DNA of 64,000 bases from a virus (taxonomy: Duplodnaviria > Heunggongvirae > Uroviricota > Caudoviricetes), in IMG/VR virus record IMGVR_UViG_2922326829_000003, positions 42,710 to 106,709 of that record; one strand, given 5' to 3'. The first letter of the stretch is position 1. Each line of letters opens with the position of its first letter. The position numbers were made by a program, and so were the translations under genes. Below are positions 20,792-31,158 of this stretch, one piece after another. Under the pieces are notes generated by a model. That model was not told the DNA's origin. It worked only from the letters and a program-made list of their open reading frames with translations, and did no database searches.

Positions 20792-21856
20792 TTACGATTT
20801 TTTGTATGTAGTCCAAACCACGATTTCGGAAGGTAAAACGATGTTAACATCGATTTTCATTCTCATCTGGAAAAAGTACAATTCTGAGTTTGCTTGGAGA
20901 CGTTCAACTTTAACAGACTCTTGATCGGTAGCATAGTCAACGCCCATCCACAGACAAGAATCCATTCCAGTAGTAAATTTGCCTAAGAATATAGTTTGCT
21001 CAGTAATTCCGTTTATAACAACAATACGTTTTCCTTTGAAGCGGTATCTGTTAACATCGGCGTTTTCTGTATATTTCACATCCTTAGAAGTCAAATATTG
21101 GTCATAAGCGTCCCATAAATCCCAGCCCATCACGTAAACAAGCTTATTGCTCTTACGGAGGTTTTTAGGGCATTTTCTGTACATGGCATATAACGCGCTT
21201 TCCACTTGTTCTCCGGTTGTCATTGCAGTATTTCCTGCCAAAATAACCTGACCGGAAGCTTTTTCATTTGCATCCGTAGAATTCAGGTTAGTGATAACAC
21301 GGGCAAGGGCTCCATCGAAATACTTCATTGGTCCGGCTTCAGAATCGCCGCCAAGAACTACATTGTCTGCGCTGTCAGAAGAAATACTTGCGTCAGGACC
21401 ACCTTTTTTTGAGCACCAAATACAATCACCGATATACTGATCCTTACGGTCAATCAATAGGTGGAGCATAGTTGCTTGAATTTTCGGATCAAGTTCACGG
21501 AAGATCAATTCTCCTTCCGGCTGGAATGGCTTCCAGTATTCTTCAAAGTCTCTTGGGTTAAATTCAAGATAGACCATAAAGTCTTGAGGTTCAAGGTAAC
21601 GCTCTGAATGTGTGTATTCATTGTGCCCATCAGCACCTTTAGCGCCTTCCGTAGAAGTTGGGGTAGGTTTGTTGTCTTGTATGATTTTGCCAAGTTTTAC
21701 ATGAGGCAAGACGAATTTTTTTTGAATACCAGGCTTGATGTGGATCAAGCCCTCGTTGTATGTGTCGTTGCCATGTGCTGTGTAAACTAAGAGGTCAGTT
21801 AAAACCTCACCTGAATAGGTATTCCCGGCATAATTTATTGTACCATTTGTAGGCAT
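20792..21856 (-). CDS. probable major capsid protein (354 aa)
   Basis: Directly downstream of the protease-scaffold gene and followed by a strong rho-independent terminator on the minus strand; its size fits a capsid protein. Confidence 0.45.
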   Translation of the reverse strand: MPTNGTINYAGNTYSGEVLTDLLVYTAHGNDTYNEGLIHIKPGIQKKFVLPHVKLGKIIQDNKPTPTSTEGAKGADGHNEYTHSERYLEPQDFMVYLEFNPRDFEEYWKPFQPEGELIFRELDPKIQATMLHLLIDRKDQYIGDCIWCSKKGGPDASISSDSADNVVLGGDSEAGPMKYFDGALARVITNLNSTDANEKASGQVILAGNTAMTTGEQVESALYAMYRKCPKNLRKSNKLVYVMGWDLWDAYDQYLTSKDVKYTENADVNRYRFKGKRIVVINGITEQTIFLGKFTTGMDSCLWMGVDYATDQESVKVERLQANSELYFFQMRMKIDVNIVLPSEIVVWTTYKKS

Positions 21857-21871
21857 TAATCAGATTCCAAT

Positions 21872-23146
21872 TTAAAAACTTTTGAATTCAAATTTTTCAC
21901 CTACAACACCTGCTACTTTCGCTGCCATTTGTTTTTCGGCTTCAGTTAAAGTTTCAGCAGCATCCTTCACATTTTTAGGATCACTTGCGATAGCTTCACT
22001 GATTTTTTCACGGGCAGGAATAGATGCTAAGGTACTTTTCGTCAATTCAAGGTTGTTTTTTGCCATTTCAACCCAAGATGCTTTAGACGACTCTTCAATT
22101 TTTCCTTCTTTAATAGCTGCTTCTACCATATCAGTGATAGCTTGCGTTTTCGCAGCTTCTTCAGCGTCTTTGTACTTTTTAAGTTCAGCGTTTACACCGG
22201 TTAATGTTTCTTGTAGATTAACTACTTCGGTTTCTTTTCCTTTGTATTTAATCTCTAATTTGCTAAAATCATCTTTGATTTTCGGGAGTTCTTTTTCCGC
22301 GTTTATCAGTTCTGTAATACGTGCAGTGACGTTTGTTACAGGAGCGTCTTTAGCAAAACCAAGCTGTGCGGCTACTGCGCCAAAAGAGAATTCTTTTTCT
22401 TCCATTGTTTTTTTAGCTTGTAATTCTTTAGCTTGTAATTCTTCATTTTGTTTAGGAATAGCGCAGGAAAGTTCAGAAAGTTTATTTTCATCAACTTCTA
22501 ATGCAATTGAGTTCATCACATCCTTTATTGCACTTATATCCGTAGTTCCATCAATTGCATTCTTTACTTTATCACAAACCTGTTTGGAGGTCTTTATCAC
22601 ATGACTTGCTGGTATTATGCCAGCCTCGACAGCTTCTTTGGCTGTAAAAAATGTTCCATCAGCATTGTCTTTACCATCCATTATGGCATTGACTTTTTCT
22701 TTTGAAAGACCGAAACGTCTTCTGTAAATTGTTTCGATTTGCTGCCTGAAAGCATTAACCATATTTCTTACGTTAGGGTCTTCGCAGTCTTTGTCGGCAA
22801 GAAATGGGTTGTGAAGCATTAAGATTGAATAATCGTGCATGTATGACTTTGCGCCACCCGCCCAAAGAACACTACCCATTGATGCTGCAATGCCTTCAAT
22901 TACGCATTGCACTTCAATTGGGCAAGATTGCATTATTGAGAAAGCACTCATCCCATACATCACACTACCACCTTCACAGTTCAACAGAACAATGATTTTG
23001 GATGGTCTAATCACTTCCTGAAGCCAAAGAAATTCATCATTAAAACGTTGTACGGATTCTGCATTCACCGATTCAAAGAAGCGGATTATCGCTGGGTGAT
23101 CCTGTTCAACTTTGCCGACAACGTATTTTAATTTACTTATATCCAT
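21872..23146 (-). CDS. prohead protease (ClpP/S49-like) fused to scaffolding domain (424 aa)
   Basis: Has a ClpP-like catalytic serine motif GIAASMGS and histidine motif MLHNP. The C-terminal half is a coiled coil with KELQAKELQAKK repeats, typical of scaffold domains. Confidence 0.65.
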   Translation of the reverse strand: MDISKLKYVVGKVEQDHPAIIRFFESVNAESVQRFNDEFLWLQEVIRPSKIIVLLNCEGGSVMYGMSAFSIMQSCPIEVQCVIEGIAASMGSVLWAGGAKSYMHDYSILMLHNPFLADKDCEDPNVRNMVNAFRQQIETIYRRRFGLSKEKVNAIMDGKDNADGTFFTAKEAVEAGIIPASHVIKTSKQVCDKVKNAIDGTTDISAIKDVMNSIALEVDENKLSELSCAIPKQNEELQAKELQAKKTMEEKEFSFGAVAAQLGFAKDAPVTNVTARITELINAEKELPKIKDDFSKLEIKYKGKETEVVNLQETLTGVNAELKKYKDAEEAAKTQAITDMVEAAIKEGKIEESSKASWVEMAKNNLELTKSTLASIPAREKISEAIASDPKNVKDAAETLTEAEKQMAAKVAGVVGEKFEFKSF

Positions 23147-23203
23147 TCATTCAGTTTTTTGAAGAATAGATTATTTATTAGCAAAAAGTTGAAATTTGTC
23201 ATT

Positions 23204-23914
23204 TTATTCATTTATGCCACTCACTTCGTCGTATGATGGTTCAATGTGATTGTCATGGTTGTCTGTGTTGTTTTCAATTAATTGATCAGAATGATTTGTG
23301 AAAGGCGGGATCACCAGGTATCGATCAACATAATTTCTGAATTTATATGCTGAGTTTTCTCTGAAATACACTTCATAGTCTATCCAGTATGGCTGAAGAC
23401 CATCGCCAAAAGATTCCGGTTGATCAAAATATGTCAAGCTAAATCTTTCAGTTAAAGCTGGATATTCATTTTTTCCGTCTTGTAATGCAACATTGATACG
23501 TTGAAACAACTCATATCCCTCCAATTCAAATTCTTCATCGCTATTATTTAATCTATTGAGAACATATTGGACTCTAAGGGTTGCTCTGCCTTCCCCAACC
23601 CTTGCTTGTTGAACTAAGTATCTCACATTGATAAAATGAAGAAATACCGCTGGGAAGATTAAAGCGGACTCTTTGTTTTGTTTACTGTTTTTTATGCGAG
23701 ATAATTGGCCTGTGTTTAATGCAATTGTTTTGAACAAAGAAGGGCTTTCTGGATCACTTTCATCTTCTTTTAGACTACCCAGAATTTTTTTTACCGCATT
23801 AAACACATCACACAACGCATTGGTGGTGTATTGTATTTCTTCTGTACTTTCTATATTTTCGTCAGAAACAACAACTACCGGTTGCTTTATTTTTGACTTT
23901 TTGTCTACAATCAT
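23204..23914 (-). CDS. hypothetical head-module protein (236 aa)
   Basis: ORF lying between the morphogenesis and protease genes. Confidence 0.25.
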   Translation of the reverse strand: MIVDKKSKIKQPVVVVSDENIESTEEIQYTTNALCDVFNAVKKILGSLKEDESDPESPSLFKTIALNTGQLSRIKNSKQNKESALIFPAVFLHFINVRYLVQQARVGEGRATLRVQYVLNRLNNSDEEFELEGYELFQRINVALQDGKNEYPALTERFSLTYFDQPESFGDGLQPYWIDYEVYFRENSAYKFRNYVDRYLVIPPFTNHSDQLIENNTDNHDNHIEPSYDEVSGINE

Positions 23915-24426
23915 TATTTAGGGAATCCATCAAAAAGTATTGGAGATAATTCTTTCAATTTATTTTTAAGAACAGTGGAATGACCAATGTATTGTCGTTG
24001 TATGCTCCTGACACCTGTTTTGCCGTAAGTGTATGTTCCATCTGCTGCATTATGCACAGCTGCATAACAAAACCCTCTATGTCTTTTAGTATGCTTGAAA
24101 CCATTTGGGTCTGTATAAATACGAACACCAGCAGAATTTCGATTTCCTTTTGCTCCTAAGTGTTTCCACTTTATAGAGCCTTTTAGTGATCCAGTTTCAT
24201 CCAAGATGGGGTGAGGTTTTGGTTTTTTACGCTCCCGCCATCCAAATTCACCTGATGAATTAAATCTCCGCAGATCGAATGATTCTTTGAATATTGCAGT
24301 AGCAGCTTTACCCGCTTTAACTTCAAAGTTCCAGACGTTAACATCAAATTTGTTCGGCAATGTCATCCATTGATTTATTAATTGTTTGGGGGTTATCTTT
24401 TTGGCCCCAACAGTGTTATTTGCCAT
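23914..24426 (-). CDS. hypothetical basic virion protein (170 aa)
   Basis: Shares an ATGA overlap with neighbours; basic, Lys/Arg-rich. Confidence 0.25.
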   Translation of the reverse strand: MANNTVGAKKITPKQLINQWMTLPNKFDVNVWNFEVKAGKAATAIFKESFDLRRFNSSGEFGWRERKKPKPHPILDETGSLKGSIKWKHLGAKGNRNSAGVRIYTDPNGFKHTKRHRGFCYAAVHNAADGTYTYGKTGVRSIQRQYIGHSTVLKNKLKELSPILFDGFPK

Positions 24427-25258
24427 TAGTTAAGTATTTGTTCTTTATTCGAGATGATATTTCCCTCAATTTGTCTGCATGTTGTTCGTTGCATTCGAAA
24501 TATCTATGGTCATCAGAAAAAATGCGGCCACCCAACGCTACGCTTTCTTTAAACACTGGATTGAACCATTCTGGCATTTTAGGTCTTTTATTGGAAGAAG
24601 CTTTTACTCTTGTTAGCTGTGCAAATGCGCTTTCTTCTATTAAATAGCAACGACAGCCATATTCAATTGGAGGTATTAGCCACGCTGGGAATTGTGATTT
24701 TGGTGCAGAATATCCTTCATATTGAAGATGCCAGGGTCTCACGCGTTCGTCCCCTTGTGTCATGTAAGTCAGAACCGTTTGAGATGATATTGACACAAAA
24801 CCAGCGGCAACAATCATTGCATATTCAATATCTAAATTCTCAACATTAGCATATTTGAAATTATACTTATAACAGATCGCTTCCAGCATTTCCATGTTTT
24901 CTTCTTCCAAATCGTCTATGTCTGGAAGCTCAGTTGACATCTGGTATTCTGCGCCAACCGCGAAATCAACAAGGTTGTCTATTGCTGCAACAAGAATATC
25001 ACGCTCTTCTTTTTCTATATCAGATAGGTCTCCATCATAATTACGCACTAACTCTAAAGCTTGGTCGTAATCAACCCCGAAACCTTTGACTGCATGTTTA
25101 ATAGCAAATTCGGCTCGAAGCGCCATCAATTCTTCCAGAACTTCCCATTGACTCATGTCATTTGAAATAGCTTCAAGCAACTTTATAAAAACAGCAAAGA
25201 GTGCTGCGTACTCTTTTTCTTGTTCTTCTGTATCAGCCTCCGGTGACTTTTTCGCCAT
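24416..25258 (-). CDS. head morphogenesis protein, Mu F / SPP1 gp7-like (280 aa)
   Basis: Contains the conserved ..PWHLQ..YGCRCYL.. motif (nCRC) of the Mu F-like minor head protein family and lies immediately after the portal gene. Confidence 0.55.
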   Translation of the reverse strand: MAKKSPEADTEEQEKEYAALFAVFIKLLEAISNDMSQWEVLEELMALRAEFAIKHAVKGFGVDYDQALELVRNYDGDLSDIEKEERDILVAAIDNLVDFAVGAEYQMSTELPDIDDLEEENMEMLEAICYKYNFKYANVENLDIEYAMIVAAGFVSISSQTVLTYMTQGDERVRPWHLQYEGYSAPKSQFPAWLIPPIEYGCRCYLIEESAFAQLTRVKASSNKRPKMPEWFNPVFKESVALGGRIFSDDHRYFECNEQHADKLREISSRIKNKYLTNGK

Positions 25259-25284
25259 TACTTCGGAGAGAGAGGTGTCACCAT

Positions 25285-26673
25285 TTACCTCCTCTCCCGC
25301 AAAAAATTTGCAACGCCACGATGTCTTCCATATCTTTTGTAATACTCTTCATCAGACATTGGCCCGTGTCCTTCATAAGAGCCGGTTCCTACCCCACCAA
25401 CTCCACCGACATCTAAGTTCAATTGTTTTCCGACCGTAATGCCAAACTCTTTATCGATTTCATCGCCTGATATTTCAAATTTATCAGTGAGGAAAGTATA
25501 AAGTTCTATTTTGTCTTTATTTGACATTTCAAGACGATTTGAATATTTGAACTCTGTTCCAGGTTTAAGGTATCCCATTTTAACGAGTCTTGGAATAACC
25601 TCTTCGTTCATTACATTTTCAATATCTTCGCGGTATACATCAACTCTATCACGAAATATATCTTGATGAGCTCTTGTTGATCCAACATAAGACTGTGTTG
25701 CTCCAGCCATACTTTCTGAGCCCAAGATCAGGTTAGATACTTCGGCATTTACTGTCTCAATAAGGCTGGTGTATATCTTTTCAGAATTGGACATTGTGAA
25801 AGTTTTAATGTCCACTTCATCCTGCAATCCAGTAACAATCACTTTATTCTGAGCTGCGCTTGATATGTCGTTAGCTAACCTCTTTCGATCACCATTGTTC
25901 TCGCTGTCTGTTTTCCCATGTATAATGGGCTGGCCATAAGTGTGTGAAAAATTAACGTAATTGGCTAAAGTAAATTTTTTGGCAAGAATCAATGGTGTGG
26001 TTGCAGAGAACAACCCAAGCGTGCCTGAATTAATCAAAATATAGTTGTCCTTATATTGAGGTGAATCGAGATTCCAGCCAGGACTCCACATGCTTTGTCT
26101 TCGTACTGCACGTTTTTGATCTGGAAGAACATTTCTTCGCTCAATGCTATTCACCTCCTTTAGCCTTCCAGTTCTTTCGTCTATCTCCGGAGTAATTTCT
26201 AATAAAGTGTAACCATATAATTTTGATTCCACAATTCCTCGAATGATTTTTATAAACTGAGTGCCTTGAATTTTCTTTGTTTCTTCAACGTCTTTTACAT
26301 ATTTACCTTTAGCGTTTTGCTTAGCTAACATGTAACGCTCTCCAACAATTTGAGAAACCAATGTTTCAAGTACTGCTGCTAAATGAGCGTCTTGTTGAAC
26401 ACATGCTTCATATAAATCAATGAGTTTTCCCCGGTCATCCAGTACAGCTCCATCAACAACTTGGTGTTGTACTGATTTGAATCGACAATACCGTTCTATT
26501 TCTCTAACATATTCTTGTATAGTCTTTTTGCTTGTTCTAAAAATACTTTCGAACAATTTTGCATCGAATTTTTCTTTGGTATCTACTGTCATTACATTTT
26601 TTCTTTTTATGAAAGAATAGGTTGAGTAAGGACAAGCAGTTTTTGAAAGGCAAAAGGAGCTGATCTGTTGCAA
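25285..26673 (-). CDS. portal protein (462 aa)
   Basis: First gene of the leftward operon, followed by the Mu-F-like gene. Its size and acidic C-terminus fit a portal protein. The true start may be the internal Met (MTVDTKEKF). Confidence 0.5.
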   Translation of the reverse strand: MQQISSFCLSKTACPYSTYSFIKRKNVMTVDTKEKFDAKLFESIFRTSKKTIQEYVREIERYCRFKSVQHQVVDGAVLDDRGKLIDLYEACVQQDAHLAAVLETLVSQIVGERYMLAKQNAKGKYVKDVEETKKIQGTQFIKIIRGIVESKLYGYTLLEITPEIDERTGRLKEVNSIERRNVLPDQKRAVRRQSMWSPGWNLDSPQYKDNYILINSGTLGLFSATTPLILAKKFTLANYVNFSHTYGQPIIHGKTDSENNGDRKRLANDISSAAQNKVIVTGLQDEVDIKTFTMSNSEKIYTSLIETVNAEVSNLILGSESMAGATQSYVGSTRAHQDIFRDRVDVYREDIENVMNEEVIPRLVKMGYLKPGTEFKYSNRLEMSNKDKIELYTFLTDKFEISGDEIDKEFGITVGKQLNLDVGGVGGVGTGSYEGHGPMSDEEYYKRYGRHRGVANFLRERR

Positions 26674-26856
26674 AATAGATTTGTAATCACACTATAAATT
26701 TTAATCCAAAAGAAATATACTCCAATACACTGATTATCAATTGATATTAAAAATATATTATGTTAAAAACACATCTTTGCATTGATATATATATGAAACA
26801 TTTTATATTTGCCGTGAAATTAGTTTTAGTATTTACTCAAAAATTCATTTAAAAAG
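26674..26856. promoter_or_regulatory. AT-rich divergent control region between the leftward structural and rightward early/replication blocks; contains a perfect 12-bp palindrome TATCAATTGATA at 26734-26745
   Basis: Strand switch; 183 bp, very AT-rich, non-coding; palindrome read directly from the sequence. Confidence 0.5.
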
Positions 26857-27411
26857 ATGGAAAACGGATTTAGTTTCTTCCGGATTAAAACGGAGTGGAC
26901 TGGTGAAAGCAGCGATGGTAGCTTGTCCAAGAGAAAAACAGAAGAGTTGGTGTTAGCTTCTTGTTACACAGAAGCAGAAAAAGTGGCTTACGCAATTGCG
27001 GAAGATCAAAATCGAATGCGATTCAATTCGTCAATCAATTTGGAAATTACAAAAACCAAAATTGATCAAATTTTGTTCAATTTAACATTGAGTACTGATA
27101 GCAATTTAATTGCCGGTTTGGTTCACAATTTTTTTGAGGAGGAGGACAACACAGGTGTCGGAATGTATGCGGTCAAGGTTATGTATACTGAGCAAGATGA
27201 AAAAACTGGTAAAGAAAAACGCTCAAATGAGACAATTTACACACCAGCAACATCCAATACTGATGCTGCAAACTTTGTAAAAAGATACTTGCAGGAATAT
27301 GATGATACAAGAGACTTTGTTATTCGTGATACAAAATTCGATAAAGCTGAAGCTGTATTGTGGGGATCTGACACCCATAAAGAAAAAGTAAGACAGTTCG
27401 AAAACCTTTAA
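26857..27411 (+). CDS. hypothetical protein (184 aa)
   Basis: First ORF of the rightward block after the divergent control region. Confidence 0.3.
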   Translation: MENGFSFFRIKTEWTGESSDGSLSKRKTEELVLASCYTEAEKVAYAIAEDQNRMRFNSSINLEITKTKIDQILFNLTLSTDSNLIAGLVHNFFEEEDNTGVGMYAVKVMYTEQDEKTGKEKRSNETIYTPATSNTDAANFVKRYLQEYDDTRDFVIRDTKFDKAEAVLWGSDTHKEKVRQFENL

Positions 27412-27866
27412 TGCTTCCTCATTTATCTGGAAAGCCTATTGATCTTACCTGTAATGAGCTGGCGCTTCCAGAATTTCCCGATATGCTCTTTGGGACATCA
27501 GTTGATAATGGCATTTTCTTCAATGCCACCGTATATATTCAAAAAAAACAACCTTCTTTAAAAATAAATGATTTCTTTAAGGACTATAAAGCCCAGATAG
27601 AATCACTATGTAAAGCGTATCAGCTTAACATAGAAGATATATGTAAATTAAATAAAGAAGGTCATGTGTTAATTGACGGTACATTTGTTTACCTTTTTAT
27701 ATCTTTTGTAGAACCTGATTTTTTGGCGTACATGTGTGAACGAATTAATGATTTGTTTACTACCGGATTTTGTGTATCAGATACTCAAATCTTAAATCTG
27801 GCTAAAACCAGATTGCCACAAAAAACAGTCTTGGAAAAGATAGTAGGTAATGAGCAAATTCGATAA
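27411..27866 (+). CDS. hypothetical protein (151 aa)
   Basis: ORF with an ATG overlapping the upstream stop. Confidence 0.3.
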   Translation: MLPHLSGKPIDLTCNELALPEFPDMLFGTSVDNGIFFNATVYIQKKQPSLKINDFFKDYKAQIESLCKAYQLNIEDICKLNKEGHVLIDGTFVYLFISFVEPDFLAYMCERINDLFTTGFCVSDTQILNLAKTRLPQKTVLEKIVGNEQIR

Positions 27867-28179
27867 CACTGACGCTAAACAAGTGCTTGTATTTAACCCA
27901 CAAAAAAGACTTGTTGCTATATTTCACTCTGCACTGGCTGCTGCAAAAACACTGGGTGTACATACCCAATCAGTTCATTATGCTTGTACTGGAAGATGTA
28001 TTGCTGTAGGAAAATTATATCTACGTCATTTATCTGAAGATATCGAAATCACATTTGATGATTTGGGAGAACTGAGGTTGGAAGACTATGATGAGTTGTG
28101 TGGTGTAAAACGTAAAGTTTATCCAAACAGTAAAATGGAACGTAAGGGAATGAAGTATAAGAACAAATTAACAAATTAA
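27850..28179 (+). CDS. small DNA-binding protein with homing-endonuclease-type NUMOD/HTH-like motif (109 aa)
   Basis: The segment ..[28 protein letters not shown].. resembles the DNA-binding modules of GIY-YIG/HNH homing endonucleases. Confidence 0.3.
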   Translation: MSKFDNTDAKQVLVFNPQKRLVAIFHSALAAAKTLGVHTQSVHYACTGRCIAVGKLYLRHLSEDIEITFDDLGELRLEDYDELCGVKRKVYPNSKMERKGMKYKNKLTN

Positions 28180-28184
28180 GTAAT

Positions 28185-28619
28185 ATGAAAATTAATATTA
28201 TCAACAAATCAAAACACAATCTTCCTGAGTATGCCACAAAGATGTCGGCAGGAGTTGATCTTCGAGCAAATATTGATAAACCAATCACACTTAAACCAAT
28301 GGAACGTGTGTTAGTTACAACCGGATTGTTTGTTCAATTGCCTCAAGGCTTTGAGGCACAGATAAGACCGAGAAGCGGGTTGGCACTAAAAAAAGGAATA
28401 ACTGTTCTTAATGCACCCGGAACAATAGATGCAGACTATCGTGGAGAAATAGGTGTCATTCTCATTAATCTTTCTTCAGAAGATTTTATTATCGAAGATG
28501 GAGAGCGTATAGCTCAAATGGTAATTGCTAAATATAAGCAAGCTCAATGGGTAGAAGTTGAAGAATTAGATTCTTCAGAGCGTGGTGTGGGTGGTTTTGG
28601 TTCATCGGGGATCAAGTAA
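28185..28619 (+). CDS. dut: dUTP diphosphatase
   Basis: All five dUTPase motifs are present: [22 protein letters not shown] and [11 protein letters not shown]. Confidence 0.85.
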   Translation: MKINIINKSKHNLPEYATKMSAGVDLRANIDKPITLKPMERVLVTTGLFVQLPQGFEAQIRPRSGLALKKGITVLNAPGTIDADYRGEIGVILINLSSEDFIIEDGERIAQMVIAKYKQAQWVEVEELDSSERGVGGFGSSGIK

Positions 28620-28623
28620 CTTG

Positions 28624-29034
28624 ATGGGAGAAATATGGAAAGACATCAAAGGTTTTGAGGGTTCGTATAAAATTTCAACAATGGGTAGAGTGAAAAGTGT
28701 AGCTCGCCCATTGTTTAATGGACATGCTATATGGAATTCTAAAGAAAAAATACTCAAACCTCGCGTACACACAAGCGGGTATTTACGAGTCTCCCTTAGA
28801 TGTAACAATAAATCATTTGATAAATATATACACATCCTTGTAGCACAAACGTTTATTCCGAACACAGACTCTCTACGTGAAGTGGATCATCAAAATACAA
28901 TTCGGACAGACAATTGTGTAGACAATTTAAGATGGGTTTCAAGAAAAGAAAATTGCAACAACCCACTTACTCGGATACATAATTCTAAAAGTCAAAAATT
29001 AGCAGTTAAACGTAAAAAACAAAAAATGCAATGA
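28624..29034 (+). CDS. HNH homing endonuclease (NUMOD4 + HNH_3)
   Basis: N-terminal IWKDIKGFEGSYKISTMGRV (NUMOD4-like) and ..EVDHQNTIRTDNCVDNLRWVSRKENCNN HNH motif. Overlaps the dut 3-prime end and the ligase start. Confidence 0.7.
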   Translation: MGEIWKDIKGFEGSYKISTMGRVKSVARPLFNGHAIWNSKEKILKPRVHTSGYLRVSLRCNNKSFDKYIHILVAQTFIPNTDSLREVDHQNTIRTDNCVDNLRWVSRKENCNNPLTRIHNSKSQKLAVKRKKQKMQ

Positions 29035-30980
29035 AATCTGATAGCCCATTTACAATAGAAAATAAAGATGTCTTGTTAAATACAATAAAAGGATATAACG
29101 AATCGTATCGTGCAGGGAACCCCGAAATATCAGATAAAGAATATGACTTTTTGGTCAATAGATTGAAAGAATTAGACCCTGAAAACGAATGGTTTTCTCA
29201 TCCAGAGCCAGTGAATGTATCAGCAAAGAGAAAAGTCTCTCTTCCAATCCAGATGAAGTCTCTTAATAAGGCAAAAGATAAATCGGAAATAGATAAATGG
29301 AAAAAATCTTTAGGTTTGATCGACAAAACTGAGGTGATCATTATGCCGAAATTTGATGGAGTCTCGTTATTGCATGATGAAATCAAAGGGAAAGCGTATT
29401 CCCGTGGAGGGATTGAAAATGAAGGGCAAGATTGCACCGAACATCTTTCATTGGCCGGAATAGGTTCTTGTGTAGATGTTGCACAATTCACTTATGGAGA
29501 ATTTATGTTTAGTTATGAAGATTGGGATAAATATTTCAAAGGAAAAGTGTCTGAACATACAGGCGACCCTTTCAAATCTCCAAGAAACACAGCTGCCGGT
29601 TTGTTAAATAGAGACGAACCGTCTCCGTATCTCCAACATACGTCATTCTATCGGTATGGTATGGATGATTATTCATTAGGAACATATTGTCTTTATGAAG
29701 AAGTTCTTGAAGAGCTTTGTAAATCATTCGATCAAATACCACTGTATAAAAAAGTTACATTTGAGGAGTTGAATGATAATGATTTACTGGTCTTATTTAA
29801 TGAGTGGAACAAGTTGTATCCTATTGATGGAGTTGTTATCTATATCAATGATTTGGATATTTGGGATTCAATTGGCCGACATCAATCGACAGGAAATCCG
29901 TTATACGCCATAGCATATAAGCATCCAGATTTTACAGAATCTTTCGAGACAACAGTTAAAGACATTGCTTGGAAAATAAGTAAATCCGGTGCATTAAAGC
30001 CTGTGGTTAACATTGAAACAGTAGATACTGGTGATTGTAACATGGAAAATCCTACTGGATATAATGCCAGTTGGGTTGAGGACATGAAAATAGCCAAAGG
30101 TGCTAAAGTTCTTGTAACAAGATCAGGTGGGGTAATTCCTAAAATCCTAAAGACTATTGATCCAGCGACACAGGCAGAATTGGAAAGTTTGTGGGATGAA
30201 TTAGCTGAATGTCCACACTGCTCTTCGCCAACAGCTTGGAACGAATCTTATGTTGAACTATGTTGTACAAACACTGATTGTCCTGGTCGTCAACTTGCTA
30301 AAATAATTTTCTTCTTCACTATCTGCGAGACGGAAAATATCGGCGAGGAAACATTCACAAAAATGTTTAATGCTGGTTACACAACACTGAAAAGTATTCT
30401 TAATGTTACGTTTGATGAGCTTGTCAAACTTGATGGCTTTGGAGAATCGATTTCCAATACCATCTTAGAAAACAATAAGAGGATTTTGAAGGGGTTAGAT
30501 ATGGCCACACTCATGCACGCAAGTGATTGTTTTGAAGGTATCGGCAAAGTTAAAGCACAAAAAATCTTAGATGAAATAGCTAAAGATGATGAAGCTTTAT
30601 GTTCATTTTATCAAGGTTGGTTTTCTGTTTCTCCGGAAGTTTTCAAAGAGGGGTCTAAGACAATGCAATCATTTTATAAAGGGATAGAGCCATTCTACAA
30701 ATTTATCTCTGAAAATCAAATACCAATACTTCCTCCGGCAAAAAAGGAAATTAATTCAAACGGGAAATATGCTGGTATGGCTATTTGTTTTTCCGGTGTT
30801 CGAGACAGCGAGCTGGAAGAGAAAATAATAAGTGAAGGAGGAAAGATAGCAAGCGGTGTATCTAAAAATACAACTATCTTGCTTGTAAAAGACAAGTATG
30901 GTACCTCCAGTAAAATTGCTAAAGCAAAAACGTTAGGTATAGAAGTTATTAATATAGAAGATTTCAAACATTCTATATAG
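29031..30980 (+). CDS. ligA: NAD-dependent DNA ligase
   Basis: Adenylation motif KxDG (MPKFDGVS), four-Cys zinc finger (CPHCSS..CCTNTDCPG), HhH segment (LDGFGESI) and C-terminal BRCT-like segment (AICFSGVRDSELEEKI..TTILLV). Confidence 0.8.
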   Translation: MKSDSPFTIENKDVLLNTIKGYNESYRAGNPEISDKEYDFLVNRLKELDPENEWFSHPEPVNVSAKRKVSLPIQMKSLNKAKDKSEIDKWKKSLGLIDKTEVIIMPKFDGVSLLHDEIKGKAYSRGGIENEGQDCTEHLSLAGIGSCVDVAQFTYGEFMFSYEDWDKYFKGKVSEHTGDPFKSPRNTAAGLLNRDEPSPYLQHTSFYRYGMDDYSLGTYCLYEEVLEELCKSFDQIPLYKKVTFEELNDNDLLVLFNEWNKLYPIDGVVIYINDLDIWDSIGRHQSTGNPLYAIAYKHPDFTESFETTVKDIAWKISKSGALKPVVNIETVDTGDCNMENPTGYNASWVEDMKIAKGAKVLVTRSGGVIPKILKTIDPATQAELESLWDELAECPHCSSPTAWNESYVELCCTNTDCPGRQLAKIIFFFTICETENIGEETFTKMFNAGYTTLKSILNVTFDELVKLDGFGESISNTILENNKRILKGLDMATLMHASDCFEGIGKVKAQKILDEIAKDDEALCSFYQGWFSVSPEVFKEGSKTMQSFYKGIEPFYKFISENQIPILPPAKKEINSNGKYAGMAICFSGVRDSELEEKIISEGGKIASGVSKNTTILLVKDKYGTSSKIAKAKTLGIEVINIEDFKHSI

Positions 30981-30998
30981 TCCATTGAAATGTTAATT

Positions 30999-31035
30999 TA
31001 GCCCGTCTTTTTACAGACGGGCTAAATTATTTTTA
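30999..31035 (+). terminator. rho-independent terminator after ligA
   Basis: Stem TAGCCCGTC / GACGGGCTA with an 8-nt loop, followed by AATTATTTTT. Confidence 0.6.
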
Positions 31036-31158
31036 CAATACTGATAATCAGCACTATTAACATAAATATCGTATCATTATGCCAAATAATCAACTTATTC
31101 TTTTGATATATGAAAGTTCATTTATATATTTGTCCTCGAAAATGAAACAATATTTATT

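Noticed and set aside
21882-22604. 240-aa plus-strand ORF antisense to the protease-scaffold gene
   Set aside because: Ser/Ala/Phe-rich low-complexity mirror of the coiled-coil-coding region on the other strand.
27411-27866. GIY-YIG nuclease motif in ORF 27411-27866 (NGIFFNATVYIQ)
   Set aside because: The GIF..YIQ spacing is 6 residues rather than the 10-11 expected, and the downstream catalytic Arg/Glu context is absent. This is probably coincidence.
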